A DNA stretch of 64,000 nucleotides, taken from assembly GCA_964106645.2 (NCBI GenBank), contig OZ067039.1. One strand, 5' to 3'. A program made the position numbers and the translations under genes. Each line of letters opens with the position of its first letter. The stretch's first letter is position 1. Under the pieces are notes generated by a model that was given only the letters and a program-made list of their open reading frames with translations, did not search any database and had not been told where the DNA came from. Source of the stretch: Podarcis pityusensis (lineage: Eukaryota). Of this stretch, positions 1-12,550 are shown one piece after another.

Positions 1-206
1 GATGCTATTTGATGTGGGATGGAAGCGGTCATGGACTCCCATAGCAGTTTATCTCCTGCGTCCAGGGTGGTGGTGGTAGTCAGGATCACGGTATTACTTC
101 TGCTTTGGAGGATCTCTCCTTCACTTCAGATGAGTCCCAAATGTCTTCAGATTGACCCACTTTGGTTCTGAATTTAAGATTCATCTGAAGCAATTGCACA
201 CCCATA

Positions 207-424
207 ATTTATTTATTGCATTTTTTATCCCAACCGTTTCTCCTAGGAACCCAAGTTGGAGTACACTGTTTGCCCCCTTCTTCAAGTAATCCCCACTGCA
301 ACTGTGCATGGTAGCTTAGGATGAGAATGACAAGACCGGGGTCACTCAGTAAGTTTCATGGCCGAGTGCAGATTTGAATCATGGTCCACCAGGTACAACC
401 CTCCACCTGCTAAACCACACTGGC
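207..424 (-). mobile_element. Degenerate tRNA-derived CORE/Squam3-like SINE
   Basis: The reverse complement reads agccagtgtggt...ttcaaat...tgagtgacc with an ...ataaaaaatgcaataaataaat tail. It resembles the + strand copy at 14997. Confidence 0.55.
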
Positions 425-2628
425 TTCCACAATTTTAACTCTTGATATTCATTCTGCATTTTAGTGTAGCTCTCTTTCAGAAACCAATGGGAATTCCTAT
501 CCATTGTCTCTTACTTTTGGATCGAACCAAGATGATGACTAGTTCTGCATCAAATTAGAATTGTTCTGTGACCAAGAATCGCTTAGGTGACAAAGCTGAT
601 GGTTGGCCAAGGCAGAATGCACCTGCTCTTACACGTTTTGAGCCCAGGTGTGCTTGCTTCCATTTAAAAACAGTTGACCTGATGGGTTTGAGAAGTAATC
701 CCTTTTATTGTGTGAAGTAAATTATTCACTGCTAGCCTTTAGAGAAGTAACCTCCTCCTTCTGTACCTTAGTGGTTGTAACAGAGGGAATAATTTTGCAT
801 TGCCACCTGCTTCTGAGTCATGGATATTTTGAGAATCCTGCGTCCTCTTGAAAGAGCATAATAGTTAAGCTGAGAATGGACTCCTTCCAGAACATTACAC
901 AGCGCTCCTGAATTGGGAAAAGGAACGAAAGCTCAGGTACACTTTTTGTAAGGTGATTTTCTGGACTGGAGACATAGCACTGGGCATAAGTGCAAATGAT
1001 TTGTATTCAAGGTTGTGACTGCAATGCTGGCAGTAATTCCTATGGAACCCAGCAAGGCTTATATCTGAGTAGACATGCAAAGGGTTGCGCTGTAAGTCAA
1101 ACAAGTGCCTGCAATAAGACCACCAAATGGCTGAAACACTGTAAGAGCTCTCTCTTTCCCATTTTTCTTTTTAAAACCACACATAGATTAAATAATTGAT
1201 ACAGAGCATTTCTGTGTTATCCTTCTTCTTTGGGATTGACACCATTAGTTCTCTCCAGGAACAGCGTTCTTGTCCCCCGCTCCCCCGAATGCCACCCCAA
1301 CTTTTGAATGGCTAGTTTGTAGTGATTCACATGGCTTTCATCACAATTGTGACACCATGTTTTCAGGAGCAAATTGATATGCTGTAATTAAATTAAGGCA
1401 TTTAAAATTATTGTATTTTCAGCTGGTTGAATGGTTTTATTTCTCTCACTTTTACAATATATTTTGTGCTGTTTTAATGTTGTGTTGCAGATTTTAAATG
1501 ATGCACACTGCCCTGAAATCAATTTCTGGATGAAGGTGCGGCTTATTGTCTATATATACTAATTAGGCACTGTCTGCTCCCCTTGTCACCCACGCCAAAG
1601 CCTCACTTACCAGGGTCGCACAGTTGCAGCTTCTGGTGTGATCATGTGAGAGCCCCAAGGTATCTCACTTGAGCCTGGAAGCTGCTGCAGCCACTTCTCC
1701 TTTCGGTAGCTGTAGGGACGTGCTAATGGAGATGCTCCTTGGATTCTGCCACCTGAGGCAGCTGCCACAGTCTTCCTCATGGGCAGGCCGGCAGTGGGAA
1801 AGGGCAGTTGACTGAGTACTTTGCTTATTTACTGCTGCTAATGTTTCTAGCAGAAACTAGGAAACAGCAGTCGGAAAGGTGATTGCTTGGACAAGGTCAC
1901 GAAAATATGTTATCCAGTCATGGTTCCACCCCAGCAGCAACTTATTCATTTCATCAGTATTTTGGAAAGCTTCAGCGCTCACTCTGAGTGCCTGCTCTGT
2001 TTTAGTGCCCCTGAAATGTTCTTGAGAGATTAGGATAACTTAGAGCTAAAACAAAAGAAAAGAATAAGCAGAAGTAATTTATTGTGAGCAATACAATAAC
2101 AGAGAGGATTATGTTGATAAGGGAATAGTTCTGGAAGATGGTAAATTCAAAAAGGAGTCCAACAGTAATGCACTGCATCTTTGAAAAGTACTTATATAAC
2201 AGCTGAACTCAAGAGGATGGTTCCCCAAAAACACAGTTTGTTCATTTCATCATCTGCAAAAACTGTTTCTGTCATGAAGACATTGTTGCTTTTTGATTTA
2301 CCCGTTTGTGAGACTGATCAAAAAAGAAAAGAAGGGAAATCCATTCTAATGAAATATTTTCTATATTTAATGAATTTATTTTGGAAGCTGATTTCAGGCA
2401 AAGCAGAAATATTTGAAAGTGGATAACTGCAAACCAATCAAAGCATTATACTATTATAGTTGGGTAGTTATGGCAACAATGACAAAAAGGAACCTGGAGG
2501 TAAGAAGTTGAAAAAGGATTGCAGCATGGATCTCAATTTATTACCAGCAGTGCCAGATCTACACGTTTTGCTATAGAGGGCAAATGTTTGCACTGTCACC
2601 CCACCCACAATCTATCAATATGCATGCA

Positions 2629-2632
<4 letters not shown>

Positions 2633-2701
<69 letters not shown>
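2633..2701. repeat. (CT)n(GT)n microsatellite
   Basis: Directly visible in the sequence. Confidence 0.95.
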
Positions 2702-3663
2702 ACATACATATACAGTGCTGCCAAAAACATTTTTCTTGATTTGCAATTCATGTAAATATTTCCCCAAGATTATACAAATTTTTATGTCACAAAGGCCACA
2801 GTCCTATACTTGCTTTCCTTTTGTAACTACCGTAGAATGATTAAAACTAATTGGGTTTAATTCTAAGTAGACATGTATAGGACTGTACTGCATTTAAAGA
2901 GAGAGGATATACAGAAAGGTCAAATTACTCTTGACTTCTGTCTTTCATTATAGAGACCCTTACACATGGAAAATTTTGGAGGATGCAAGGCAAAAACAAA
3001 AGGTGAAAAAATAAAATAAAATCCTCATTCATGCTCAGGTCTGGAAATAAATGACAAGAATTACACCACCACAGAAGATCATTCAAGTTCTCAAGTGTTT
3101 GGAACAAGGGAGGGAAGAAACAGGAACAGGCTTAAAAATAAAATAAAATCAAGGACAAAAGAGCAAACTTGTTGACAGGATCTCAAGAGAAAGGGGTGGG
3201 TTCCACAAACAGATTCAGAAACCCTACGCACTTGAGTATTTTGAATTATGCAGGAAGATCTCAGAACAAAATCTCAAGAAAAGTGCATCAGGGCGGCAAA
3301 TGAAGGGAATGAGCTGCAGCTGATCATAAGGCCACACCCAGCCTGTGCTTGTCCAATTCCACACATCCATGTAAAGTGACCTGCTAGGCTGAGAGAGGAC
3401 AGGGCCACCAGCCCAATCCTTTCCCATGCCTTTTTGTCACCAGGGGACCTCACTAGCCAATCCCCATGGCCACCTGTTGCTCTTGTGTTGCTGGGAAGGG
3501 TGCCTCACTCACTCCAATGATGCCTACGTCTGCCAGCAGGAGTGCTGCATTGCCATAGCATGCCAGCTGCTCTTGGAGATTACACTTCCTGATGCCTTCT
3601 CAACCAATCCTAGGCACGTGCATCTGCACACACTTGCAAATGCATGCTTGTGCTTCTTCAGTA

Positions 3664-4012
3664 CAGTGGTGCCTCGCAAGACGAAATTAATCCGTTCCGC
3701 GAGTGTCTTCGTCTAGCGGTTTTTTCGTCTTGCGAAGCAACCCTATTAGTGGCTTAGCGGATTAGCGCTATTAGCGGTTTAGCGGCTATTAAAGGCTTAG
3801 CGGCTTAGCTGCTAAAAGGCTATTAGCGCCTTAGCGGCTTAGAAAAAGGGGGGGGGGGAGCGAAAAAAATTCTCAAGACTCGCAAGACATTTTCGTCTTG
3901 CGAAGCAAGCCCATAGAGAAATTCGTCCTGCGAAGCGCATCGAAAAACGGAAAACCCTTTCGTCTAGCGGGTTTTCCGTCTTGCAAGGCATTCGTCTTGC
4001 GGGGCACCACTG
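3664..4012. mobile_element. Tc1/mariner (Tigger/pogo-like) MITE
   Basis: 22-bp TIRs CAGTGGTGCC(T/C)CGCAAGACGAA (21/22 match), TA flanking both ends, internal TTAGCGG tandem units. Confidence 0.9.
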
Positions 4013-4112
4013 TATTTGATACATTATGCAGACCAAGGATCAGATGGTGTTAATTTGAACCTCTCTGGGCAAAAATAGCAGTGAATGTTAGTTCTATTAT
4101 CCTTTCGTTAGC

Positions 4113-4558
4113 TGTCAGGATGCTGTCAGCAGCTCCCAGCTGGCTGCCCAGGAAAGAATAAAGACAAGGAAAAGTTTCTTATAGTCCTTTTTTATTTCAA
4201 ACTTTACAGAGAGAGGCTATAGAACCCAGCCTCTTGGATAATGGCATTGTCCTGAGTGAATCTCCACCCATCTCTCCCACTTCCTCATCACCTCCTCTGT
4301 CTTTGAACTCTTTGCTCTCCTACTTTTAAGGCTCACAGGGTTCTGGGAGATAGTGGGTCTGGAATGCTTTCTAATGCTCTGGCTCCCCCAATATTTCCCA
4401 ACTCCTTCCCCCCTCCCCATCTGCCTCTGAGCTGTGACCTCCCTCAAACCCCTGTTGTAAATCTGCACTGTCTTCCTTTTTGGAAGGATTCTTCGTTTTG
4501 GAAGGATCAGGATTGGGGAGGCAGTCTCCACCATTTCTCCTCTGCCCAGTCCCTGACA
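4113..4558 (-). mobile_element. Solo LTR
   Basis: TGTCAGG...CCTGACA inverted termini, 5-bp TSD ttagc/ttcgc (4/5), AATAAA on the minus strand near 4190. Confidence 0.65.
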
Positions 4559-5720
4559 TTCGCATTGATTCTTGTACTAACCATCTATTGCTATGTCCTT
4601 TTGAAAACTCTCCATCAACACTTCAGGTATGAAGGCCACTTCATGGCCTTGTAGTTGGTCCACAACGGCGAGGAAAGCAAATAAACAAAGCGCTGCTCTG
4701 AAAACAATCAAATGATACAGCAAAAACATTCCCATTGAGGGTCACAGCTGAAAGGTGGGAAGCAAGAGACCCTGACCTGTTTGATGAGAACCTTGGAAAA
4801 CAAAGCAAAATGAAATCCAAGATAAACAATATTTTCAAAAGCCCGTTACTCTCAGAGCACTGTGGCGTGTTCAGCTTCATATCACTTCACCCCAGGGTGA
4901 CATATTTGAAGCTGGAGCTATGTTTGCGGTAAATAGATTTGCTAGGAGGCAGATTTTCTGAAATGCCTGTCAAAGAGGGGTGGAGCACAACACAGGTTAA
5001 TGTTCATTTGCCCTCTTTAGGTTAAACGAATAAGCCTTTTTTTAGAAGAAACATTTTCTCTTTCCATGTTCAGGATGTTATATAAAAGACCACCTCTTCT
5101 TTCGGAAGAAGATTCAGGTTTGCCCATGTTGTTCCACATGCTCCTTGACCTGTAATAAGACCAACTCTCAAGAACTTTATTCACAATTTCCCAGAGGTGC
5201 AGAATCATAGCGAATCTTGACATTGGGCAGGCATCATTTCTACCAGCTGCAAGAGCAGGAATCGGTGCTGTTGGGCAGCTGTGGGGAAGCTTTGGACTAC
5301 AATTCCCAGCCACCCCTGGCTATGCTTGCTGGGTCTGATGGAAGTTGTAGTCCAACAACATCTAGAGGCCCTGCTGTAAGGCTTAGTCAATGTTACGTTA
5401 TTTTGTATTAAGGGCTCCCATGAACACCTTCATACATTGAAAGCAGGAGTGAGGGGATTTCAGGTTTGTGACAATTAGCTACACTTCCCACTGTCACTGT
5501 GTGTGTTGCCCGTGCATCTGGCAGGTGTGTGAAGTGGCGCTCCCTGGCTCAGTATTGTGTAGATTCAGTGTGTGAAGATTTATTTTGACACCAAGGCAAG
5601 AGATCAAATTAAGATGTCTTCCTTTAGAGGTACCCAATGAGTCTTATTACATTGAAGCATAAGCGATGCTGGTATCTCACTCCATTTTCATGCCATCAGT
5701 GAGTTTGTCTCTTCTTGGGT

Positions 5721-5856
5721 CACTGTTTCTCAAACTTGGGTCTTCGGTTGTTGTTGGACTACAACTCCCATCATCCCTATCTAGAAGGAGCAGTGTTCAG
5801 GGGTGATTGGAGTTGTAGTCCAACAACAGCTGGAGACCCAAGTTTGGGAAACACTG
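5721..5856. mobile_element. hAT-like palindromic MITE
   Basis: Near-perfect fold-back with GGACTACAACTCC...GGAGTTGTAGTCC. Related degenerate pieces lie at ~5290-5372 and ~5880-5975. Confidence 0.8.
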
Positions 5857-6039
5857 TGAAGGGCCACAAAACCAAAGGCTGTAGGTCATGATCAGGATTT
5901 TGACAGTAAAAATGTCCATTGACCATGCTGGCTGGAGCTGATTGGAGTTGAAATCCAATCACACCTGCAAGGGCAGTTCCACATGAAGACTCGTTCTTCC
6001 TTTTAGCCCACCAGAATATCCATTCCTTATTGGCCATGT

Positions 6040-6155
6040 CAGCCTTTGCCAGCCTGATGCCCTCCAGATGGCTTGGACTATGGCAGCCTTGTTGGCTTTG
6101 GCTGGTGGGAGTTGTAGTCAGAAACATCTGGAGGGCACCAGTTTGGCAAAGGCTG
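6040..6155. mobile_element. hAT-like palindromic MITE
   Basis: CAGCCTTTGCCA...TGGCAAAGGCTG termini and CCCTCCAGATG/CATCTGGAGGG subterminal inverted repeat. Confidence 0.75.
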
Positions 6156-7211
6156 CGCTGCACCTTTTCCAGTAAGCAGGCAGGCAAGTGTCTGATGCAA
6201 TTAACAAGAAAAAGCCACATTACACTGGCAGCTCCTTTTCCTGACCTTTCAATATCATCACTATATGCATAAAATTGAGAATGTCGCCTGCAGCATGAAT
6301 CCTGTTCTGCAACACTTAAAAACTGTTACGGCAGTGACCTGCATGTCGATGGGCTGTTTCCTCACCCCCAGTTGTTGTTGTTTTATTTAAAGTTGGGCAT
6401 TTGGATGAGGAGAGGGGAAGACAGAATCACTTAGGGTCAACCTTTGCATCGGTAAGGCAATGCCACCAGCATTCTCCCTTCCATAAAAACCATGCGACAC
6501 GTTCCAATTTTCAAATAGTAAGAAGAGGGAAAGACATTTGGTTGAATGCTATGCGGTATCTGTTGCTTAGGCAACCACCTCCTTGGAAACTACACGGCAT
6601 TCTCAGCATGCCTGTATATCAATTCATCTCATGTTCTGAAAGAGAAAAACCTGTGGTTTAGCAGGAACAAACATGCAAACACGATGAGTCATAACAATGA
6701 GCAAAGGAAAGGAAGAAGTGGCATGTTTATCACCTGCGGCTGAAATCTGGCCCAAAGTTACACTGTTTTACATACACTTGGCACCTGATGTCCGGTTTAG
6801 GTATCTTCACCATCTGATGTCGGGTCAGAAACTTCCAGCTCCAGGCAGCAGTGGATAGTGTGGTGGGGCAGAGATGCCTAAGTGACCTCCCAGCAGGTGG
6901 GGTGTCGCTAGTGGTGCGGTGCAAACGCACTGGTAGAAGCACCAGGTTGGTTCTACTGGTGTGTTTGTACCATGCCAGCCTCACTGATGCTTCAGTGGGG
7001 CAGTGACTCACCTGCTGGGAGGTCAGGTAAACTCTTGTGTCCCATCACACTGTTTGCTACTGGCTCCAGGGCCTTTTCAGTGGTGTCATCCTCACTGTGA
7101 AGCACCTTGTAAAATAAGGCCTGCCTCCCTGCCTCCCTTCTGATATTAGGATCTATGTAAAAACAACAACCAAAAATACCTTTAAAAGAGCAACACACAA
7201 ATGCATTGGGA

Positions 7212-7388
7212 CAGTAGTTCCCAACTGGTGGTCCGTGGACTCAGGAGGTCTGCATAACCCACCCAGGGGATCCGTGACACCATTCACAATACAAAAACTA
7301 CCACAGAGGTATCAAAAAGTTCAAAAGTCAATGGCTTGGCTTTTCAAAAACAAGGGGTCCACAGTAATTAGCTAATTGGGAATCACTG
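7212..7388. mobile_element. hAT-Charlie-like MITE
   Basis: CAGTAGTTCCCAA...TTGGGAATCACTG termini; 8-bp TSD cattggga/cattagga. Confidence 0.8.
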
Positions 7389-7989
7389 CATTAGGACGTT
7401 GAGGTGATACATATGAACTGGTTTAGAGTGGTTGGTTGCTGGGGCTCATCTGTTGGTAGATTGATTTTAAAACAGCATCATTTTAAATTTCTTAACAGGA
7501 TTATCGAAATCCAGGGGAAGTGAGATGTATTTGAGTCCCGTTGATTTCAGTGGTAATCCTTTGGAAAAATTGAGTGTTCTTAAAGAAAAAAATATGTTAT
7601 TTTTCTGATAACACCTTTTTGTCCGTCTCTCCATGCTTTTATGCTCTTTGTATGGAACCCGGACTGCACCCACTGGCCATGACTCCATCTACATCCCTAT
7701 AATTAGCGGGATGCCTGGAAAAGGGCACCTTCCATGTGCACAGCTGTATGCATGTAGGTGTTCAACCTGATGTTTATGCTCCCAGTTGTGTTGGTGCTCC
7801 TTTTCAGTTGGCCCACTGAATGTGCGGTTGTCAGGGGCATGGACAGTGGTGTCATCGCCCTGGGACTGGACCCTGCCATTTTCTTCAGGGTATGAAATTC
7901 AGAGCTCTAAAAGGGGGAATTACATAAAGGCTCAGCTCCAGAAAGCAGGTTGTATAAGATGAACCTGTGGTACCAGTGTCCCTCTAGTC

Positions 7990-8125
7990 CAGCCTCTCAA
8001 CCCGTGGGTCCCCAGATGTTGTTGAACTACAACTCCTATCACCCCTAGCTAGCAAGGCCAGAGCTCAGGGATGATGGGAGTTGTAGTCCAACAACATCTG
8101 GGGACCCATAGGTTGAGAACTGCTG
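7990..8125. mobile_element. hAT-like palindromic MITE
   Basis: Long inverted repeat of the same family as 5721 and 55304; imperfect 8-bp TSD ctctagtc/gtttagtc. Confidence 0.8.
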
Positions 8126-8930
8126 GTTTAGTCCAAGGATGTTACATTGCAGTCCTCTGACTCAGAGGACAGAAGACCCAAGATATTCAGAGTCTCCCCC
8201 ACTTTATCAGAGTGAGATTGCTGGTGTGTGCTGGGCCATTTTAACTGAAGAGGCACTTTTCAGTAAGGGCAGAACTTAACAATTGAGATAGAACTACTGC
8301 TGCTATGGAAGGCTCAGTCCAAAGCTCACTGTTGCTAAAGCAACATCAGACTTACCTCACCTTGAGCAGGGTGTGGTGATGCTCTCTTCCCTGTTCCCTT
8401 CCTGGGTGTAGACTAAATGAATGGAACACCTGAAGAGAAATTACTCAAGCAGTCACCTACCAATCTGACTCTGCAGAAAAAGCTGCAACAAATTTCCCCA
8501 TCCTGAATTTGTGATGAACTCACAATTAAGAGAGCAGGACTCATTGCCCACAGCAGATAATGCTATGAAGCCATTTCAGGAACAAGAACAACAAGAAAAA
8601 ACCCAAGATTTCATGGCGAGCAGATCAGTGAATTAATATAACAAAACAACATTATGGCAGTGAAAGGCACCTATTGGTTCCACCCAGGCAAAAACTGGAA
8701 ATTGATTTTCATCCTTGCCTCAGGATATATTTCTTCTTGCCAGCCAAGAAAGCATTGAGGTCAAAATGGAAACACATTTGCCAATAATTTAAAGAGAAAA
8801 TAGTGTAAAGTAATTCCCTTGCAGGAGATATTGCAGCTTCATTTGTAGAAAGTTTCAAATGAAGGAAATGGAAAACTCAACTTAGAAGGTTACAAGGCTA
8901 TTCGATGCCAGTGAGTTTTGGGAACTAGTA

Positions 8931-9285
8931 TGAGACGCAAGTGGCGCTGTGGGTTAAACCACAGAGCCTAGGACTTGCCGATCAGAAGGTTGGCGGTTCG
9001 AATCCCTGCGATGGGGTGAGCTCCCATTGTTCGGTCCCTGCTCCTGCCAACCTAGCAGTTCGAAAGCATGTCAAAGTGCAAGTAGATAAATAGGTACCGC
9101 TCTGGGGGGAAGGTAAACGGTGTTTCTGTACGCTGCTCTGGTTTGCCAGAAGCAGCTTAGTCATGCTGGCCTCATGACCCGGAAACTGTACGCCGGCTCC
9201 CTCGGCCAATAAAGCGAGATGAGTGCTGCAACCCCAGAGTCGGCCATGACTAGACCTAATGGTCAGGAAGTCCCTTTACCTTTAC
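8931..9285 (+). mobile_element. Sauria SINE (lacertid type)
   Basis: tRNA-like head GTGGCGCTGTGG...GGTTCGAATCC, body GCAGTTCGAAAGCA...AGATAAATAGGTACC, (ACCTTT)n tail; tatgagac duplicated at 8929 and 9286. Confidence 0.93.
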
Positions 9286-9488
9286 TATGAGACAATAGAG
9301 TCTATTGTCCTAGATAAAGAGATTGATCACTAACTCTTCAAGAGGCAACTATTCCACAGTATGAGTAGAATTTTAATTTTTATTATGGATCCTTTTCTAT
9401 CAAGGATTCAGGTGTGGTTTTGGCACGGAAACTGCCTTGGTCTCCTGGGGGATAATCTTTGCCAGGAGAAATACCATCAAAGGAACAA

Positions 9489-9860
9489 TGGCAAGAGAAG
9501 TTGATGAACTATGCAGAGTTGGCAAAGTTAACAGATAAACTGCATGAAAAAGACAATAGTGGTTTTGAAAAAGAATGGGAACCTTTTACATCATATTTGC
9601 AGAACCAACAACAACAAAAATAGAGTCATTGGCAGGATTTAAATAACCATTTGCAATTTTATTTATAAAAAAATAGGAAACCTAATAGTAGGACAATATA
9701 GAAGTATATATAAACAGCAGAATGTAATATGAGATGTAATAAACCAGGGATGGTAGTTGAGGGAAGTCAGTGGGGAAGGGGGAAATTGAAATTTGAATGT
9801 AATGAAATGATTACAGATATTGTTAAAGAAAAGAAAAGAAAAACCCAATAAAATGATTTA
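9489..9860 (+). mobile_element. L1-like LINE 3' fragment
   Basis: Translates as WQEKLMNYAELAKLT...FEKEWEPF, homologous to the end of the L1 fragment at 11458-11580, followed by an A-rich 3' UTR. Confidence 0.65.
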
Positions 9861-11004
9861 TTTTTTAAAGGAAAGGGGCAAACCCTGTTGATTCTCCTAG
9901 ATCTCTCAATGGCTCCTGAATCCTGATACCCTTGAACATGACATCTTTTGGGAGAGGTGGCGGGCATGCTCAGTCAGTGCCTGGATGCCAAGATGGAGAT
10001 ACTTTTGAAGGGTTTATCTGCCCAGGTAAGTGGCATTCAGCTTGTTCCAGAGGGGTTGCACTCACCCTAAAGGATCAGGGTAACCATCTGATCCATTTTT
10101 GTTGCTGGAGTTTCAGCAACTTAGGCTGGTATGCCAAGTGCAGCCTGGCCTTAGTTATCCATACATTTGGGTGATTCTATGGGCCTGCCTTTGAAATAAT
10201 TCAGAATATGAGTGCAAGATTGCTAAAGTGGACTGGGTGATTTGAGCACATCATACCAGTATTTCATTGTCTTCACAAGCAGGACCTGAGTGGAACTCTC
10301 CCCACCTGTGATTCTCTGCAGCTGGTATTCAGAGGCATGCATAATGCTTCTGACATTAGATTCAAAGCACCATTTATAAAGTGTGTGCTCTGCCACTGAG
10401 TTTATAGCTCTTCTTGCTATGTGTTCCTGAGTATTCAACTTTCTGAGCATAAATATTTTCCATGCTACAAGACACAAATTGTCCTAACAAATTAGTCTCA
10501 GGGAGAGGATTACCAAATTGTATAACCATTTCCCCACCACCTCACCAGATTCAATGGTGCTTGAAAACTCCTCTAACCTTTTCAGATTCCGAGCTTAACA
10601 TGCAAACACTCCAGATCTTCACAAAAGTCAGCTTAAGGAAACCATTTATTATTTATGAACCTTCAGGTCATGCATGAACTTTCTCAATGTCCAATGGATC
10701 TTTTTGGAGATTTCTTGGTTGTTGTCATATTAAAATTTATTTGGTTTTTCTTAGCGTGTGAGGGAGAGTGCAGATTCAGACATAATTAGGAAAATCTTCT
10801 TTAAAAGTCTGTCGCCTCCTCTTCCAGCAGATTCTTGACATTTTCCCTAATGTCATTCACAATGGTGATATTTACATTGTATGTCTTAGGGACGCATTTG
10901 GTTATTCCTTCTCAGTCCATGCTTTTGAGGTTAGAAACTATACTAAATGCAGTCTGTAACCAAATGCAGAGCATGACAAACAGAAAATTCAGGCCTGGGT
11001 GACT

Positions 11005-12140
11005 GTACAAGAAAACGGAGAGATGATTTGGGGTATAATATACAGTTTGCAGCATGGGAAAAACTATGGAGAGAGGATCTGAAATTTACAGCGTGTTATA
11101 CATTGAAATAAAATTATATGAAAATGATGTACCGCTGGTATGTAACCCCCAGTAAATTAGCAAAAATGTACAGGACAAGTTCCAATGTTTGTTGGAAATG
11201 TAACGAGAAGGAGGGCACCTTTTCCCATAAGTGGTGGAACTGTAAAGTGATCAAGGAATTCTGGGAAATGATATACAATGAATTGAAGAAAATGTTTAAA
11301 ATAACCTTTGTTAAAAAACCAGAAATCTTTTTTTGTTATGAATTATAGGTGCAGAGATACTGAAGGAACTGAAAAGTCTGTTTATGTACACGACAACAGC
11401 TGCAAGGATGCTGCTTGCACAGAGTTGAAAGATGGTTAGATACCTACGAGGGCAGACTGGCAGATGAAATTATTGGACTATGCAGAGATGTCAAGATTAA
11501 CTGGGAAAATCAGAAATCAGAAGGATCAAAACTTCAACAGAGAATGGGACAAATATAGATTGTATTTGAAAGACCACTGTAAACATTTGAACTCTTTGGC
11601 AGGCTTTAAATAACTTACATCGACTTTGGATATAATGAACAGGGCTGCCTTTACCCAGGGGTGCAAGGGGTGCGGGGCACCCGTGCGTCGAATTCTGGGG
11701 GGCAACAGGCACCCACTGCTGAAGCCGCTTAAGCTCTTAACTATCTACCTGTTATGAAATAATTATTTTGATCAAGCTAGAGAAACAAAATACATATATA
11801 CCTAGGTATTACCAAAATGTATACCTACTGTTTCACTAAAAGACTTTCGACTTTGTGCACTCATTTACCAAAGATGTGCCAGCGCCAGTGCCGGTGCTTG
11901 TCATTCACAAGGCTAAACTAAATTTGGGGGCACTGGGCAGATCTTTGCACCCCGGCGGCACATATGCTAAAGACAACACTGATAATGGAGGACTGTTAAC
12001 TAGATGTACTTATAATATGCAGTTGGAAAAGTTACTTAAAGAACCCATGGAGGGGAGGAGGGAAGTCTTAGGATTTGAAAGAATCTTATATAAAATTCAA
12101 ATATTTGGAAGAATATTATTTCTGTGGCTGAACTTGTAAA
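11005..12140 (+). mobile_element. L1-like LINE ORF2 C-terminus (zf-RVT region) and 3' UTR, interrupted
   Basis: ORF 11118-11348 YRWYVTPSKLAKMY...CWKC...H..WNC..IKEFW is typical of the L1 ORF2 C-terminal Cys/His domain. It carries stops and frameshifts and is split by an insertion at 11640-11981. Confidence 0.85.
11640..11981. mobile_element. Non-autonomous hAT (Tip100-like) element inserted in the L1
   Basis: Imperfect TIRs CAGGGCTGCCTTTA / rc CAGTGTTGTCTTTA; 8-bp TSD ataatgaa/ataatgga. Confidence 0.75.
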
Positions 12141-12184
12141 ATCAAATATATATAATATATATAAATATATATAAATATATATAT

Positions 12185-12550
12185 AAAGGTAAGGTAAAGG
12201 TACCCCTGCCCGAAGGCCAGTTGTGACCGACTCTGGGGTTGCGTGCTCATCTCGCTCAAGAGGCCGGGAGCCGGCGCTGTCCGAAGACACTTCCGGGTCA
12301 CGTGGCCAGCGTGACGAAGCTGCGTCTGGCAAGCCAGCACCAGCGCAGCACACGGAAATGCCGTTACCTTCCCGCTATAAAGAGGTCCCTATTTATCTAC
12401 TTGCACCTAAGGGTGCTTTCGAACTGCTAGGTTGGCAGGAGCCGGGACCGAACGACGGGAGCTCACCCCGTCACGGGGATTCGAACCGCCGACCTTACGA
12501 TCGGCAAGTCCTAGGCACTGAGGTTTTACCCACAGCGCCACCCGCGTCCC
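12185..12550 (-). mobile_element. Sauria SINE (second subfamily, CpG-rich and probably young) inserted in (TA)n
   Basis: The reverse complement starts GGGACGCGGGTGGCGCTGTGGGTAAAACC and ends (ACCTTT)n. Confidence 0.93.
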
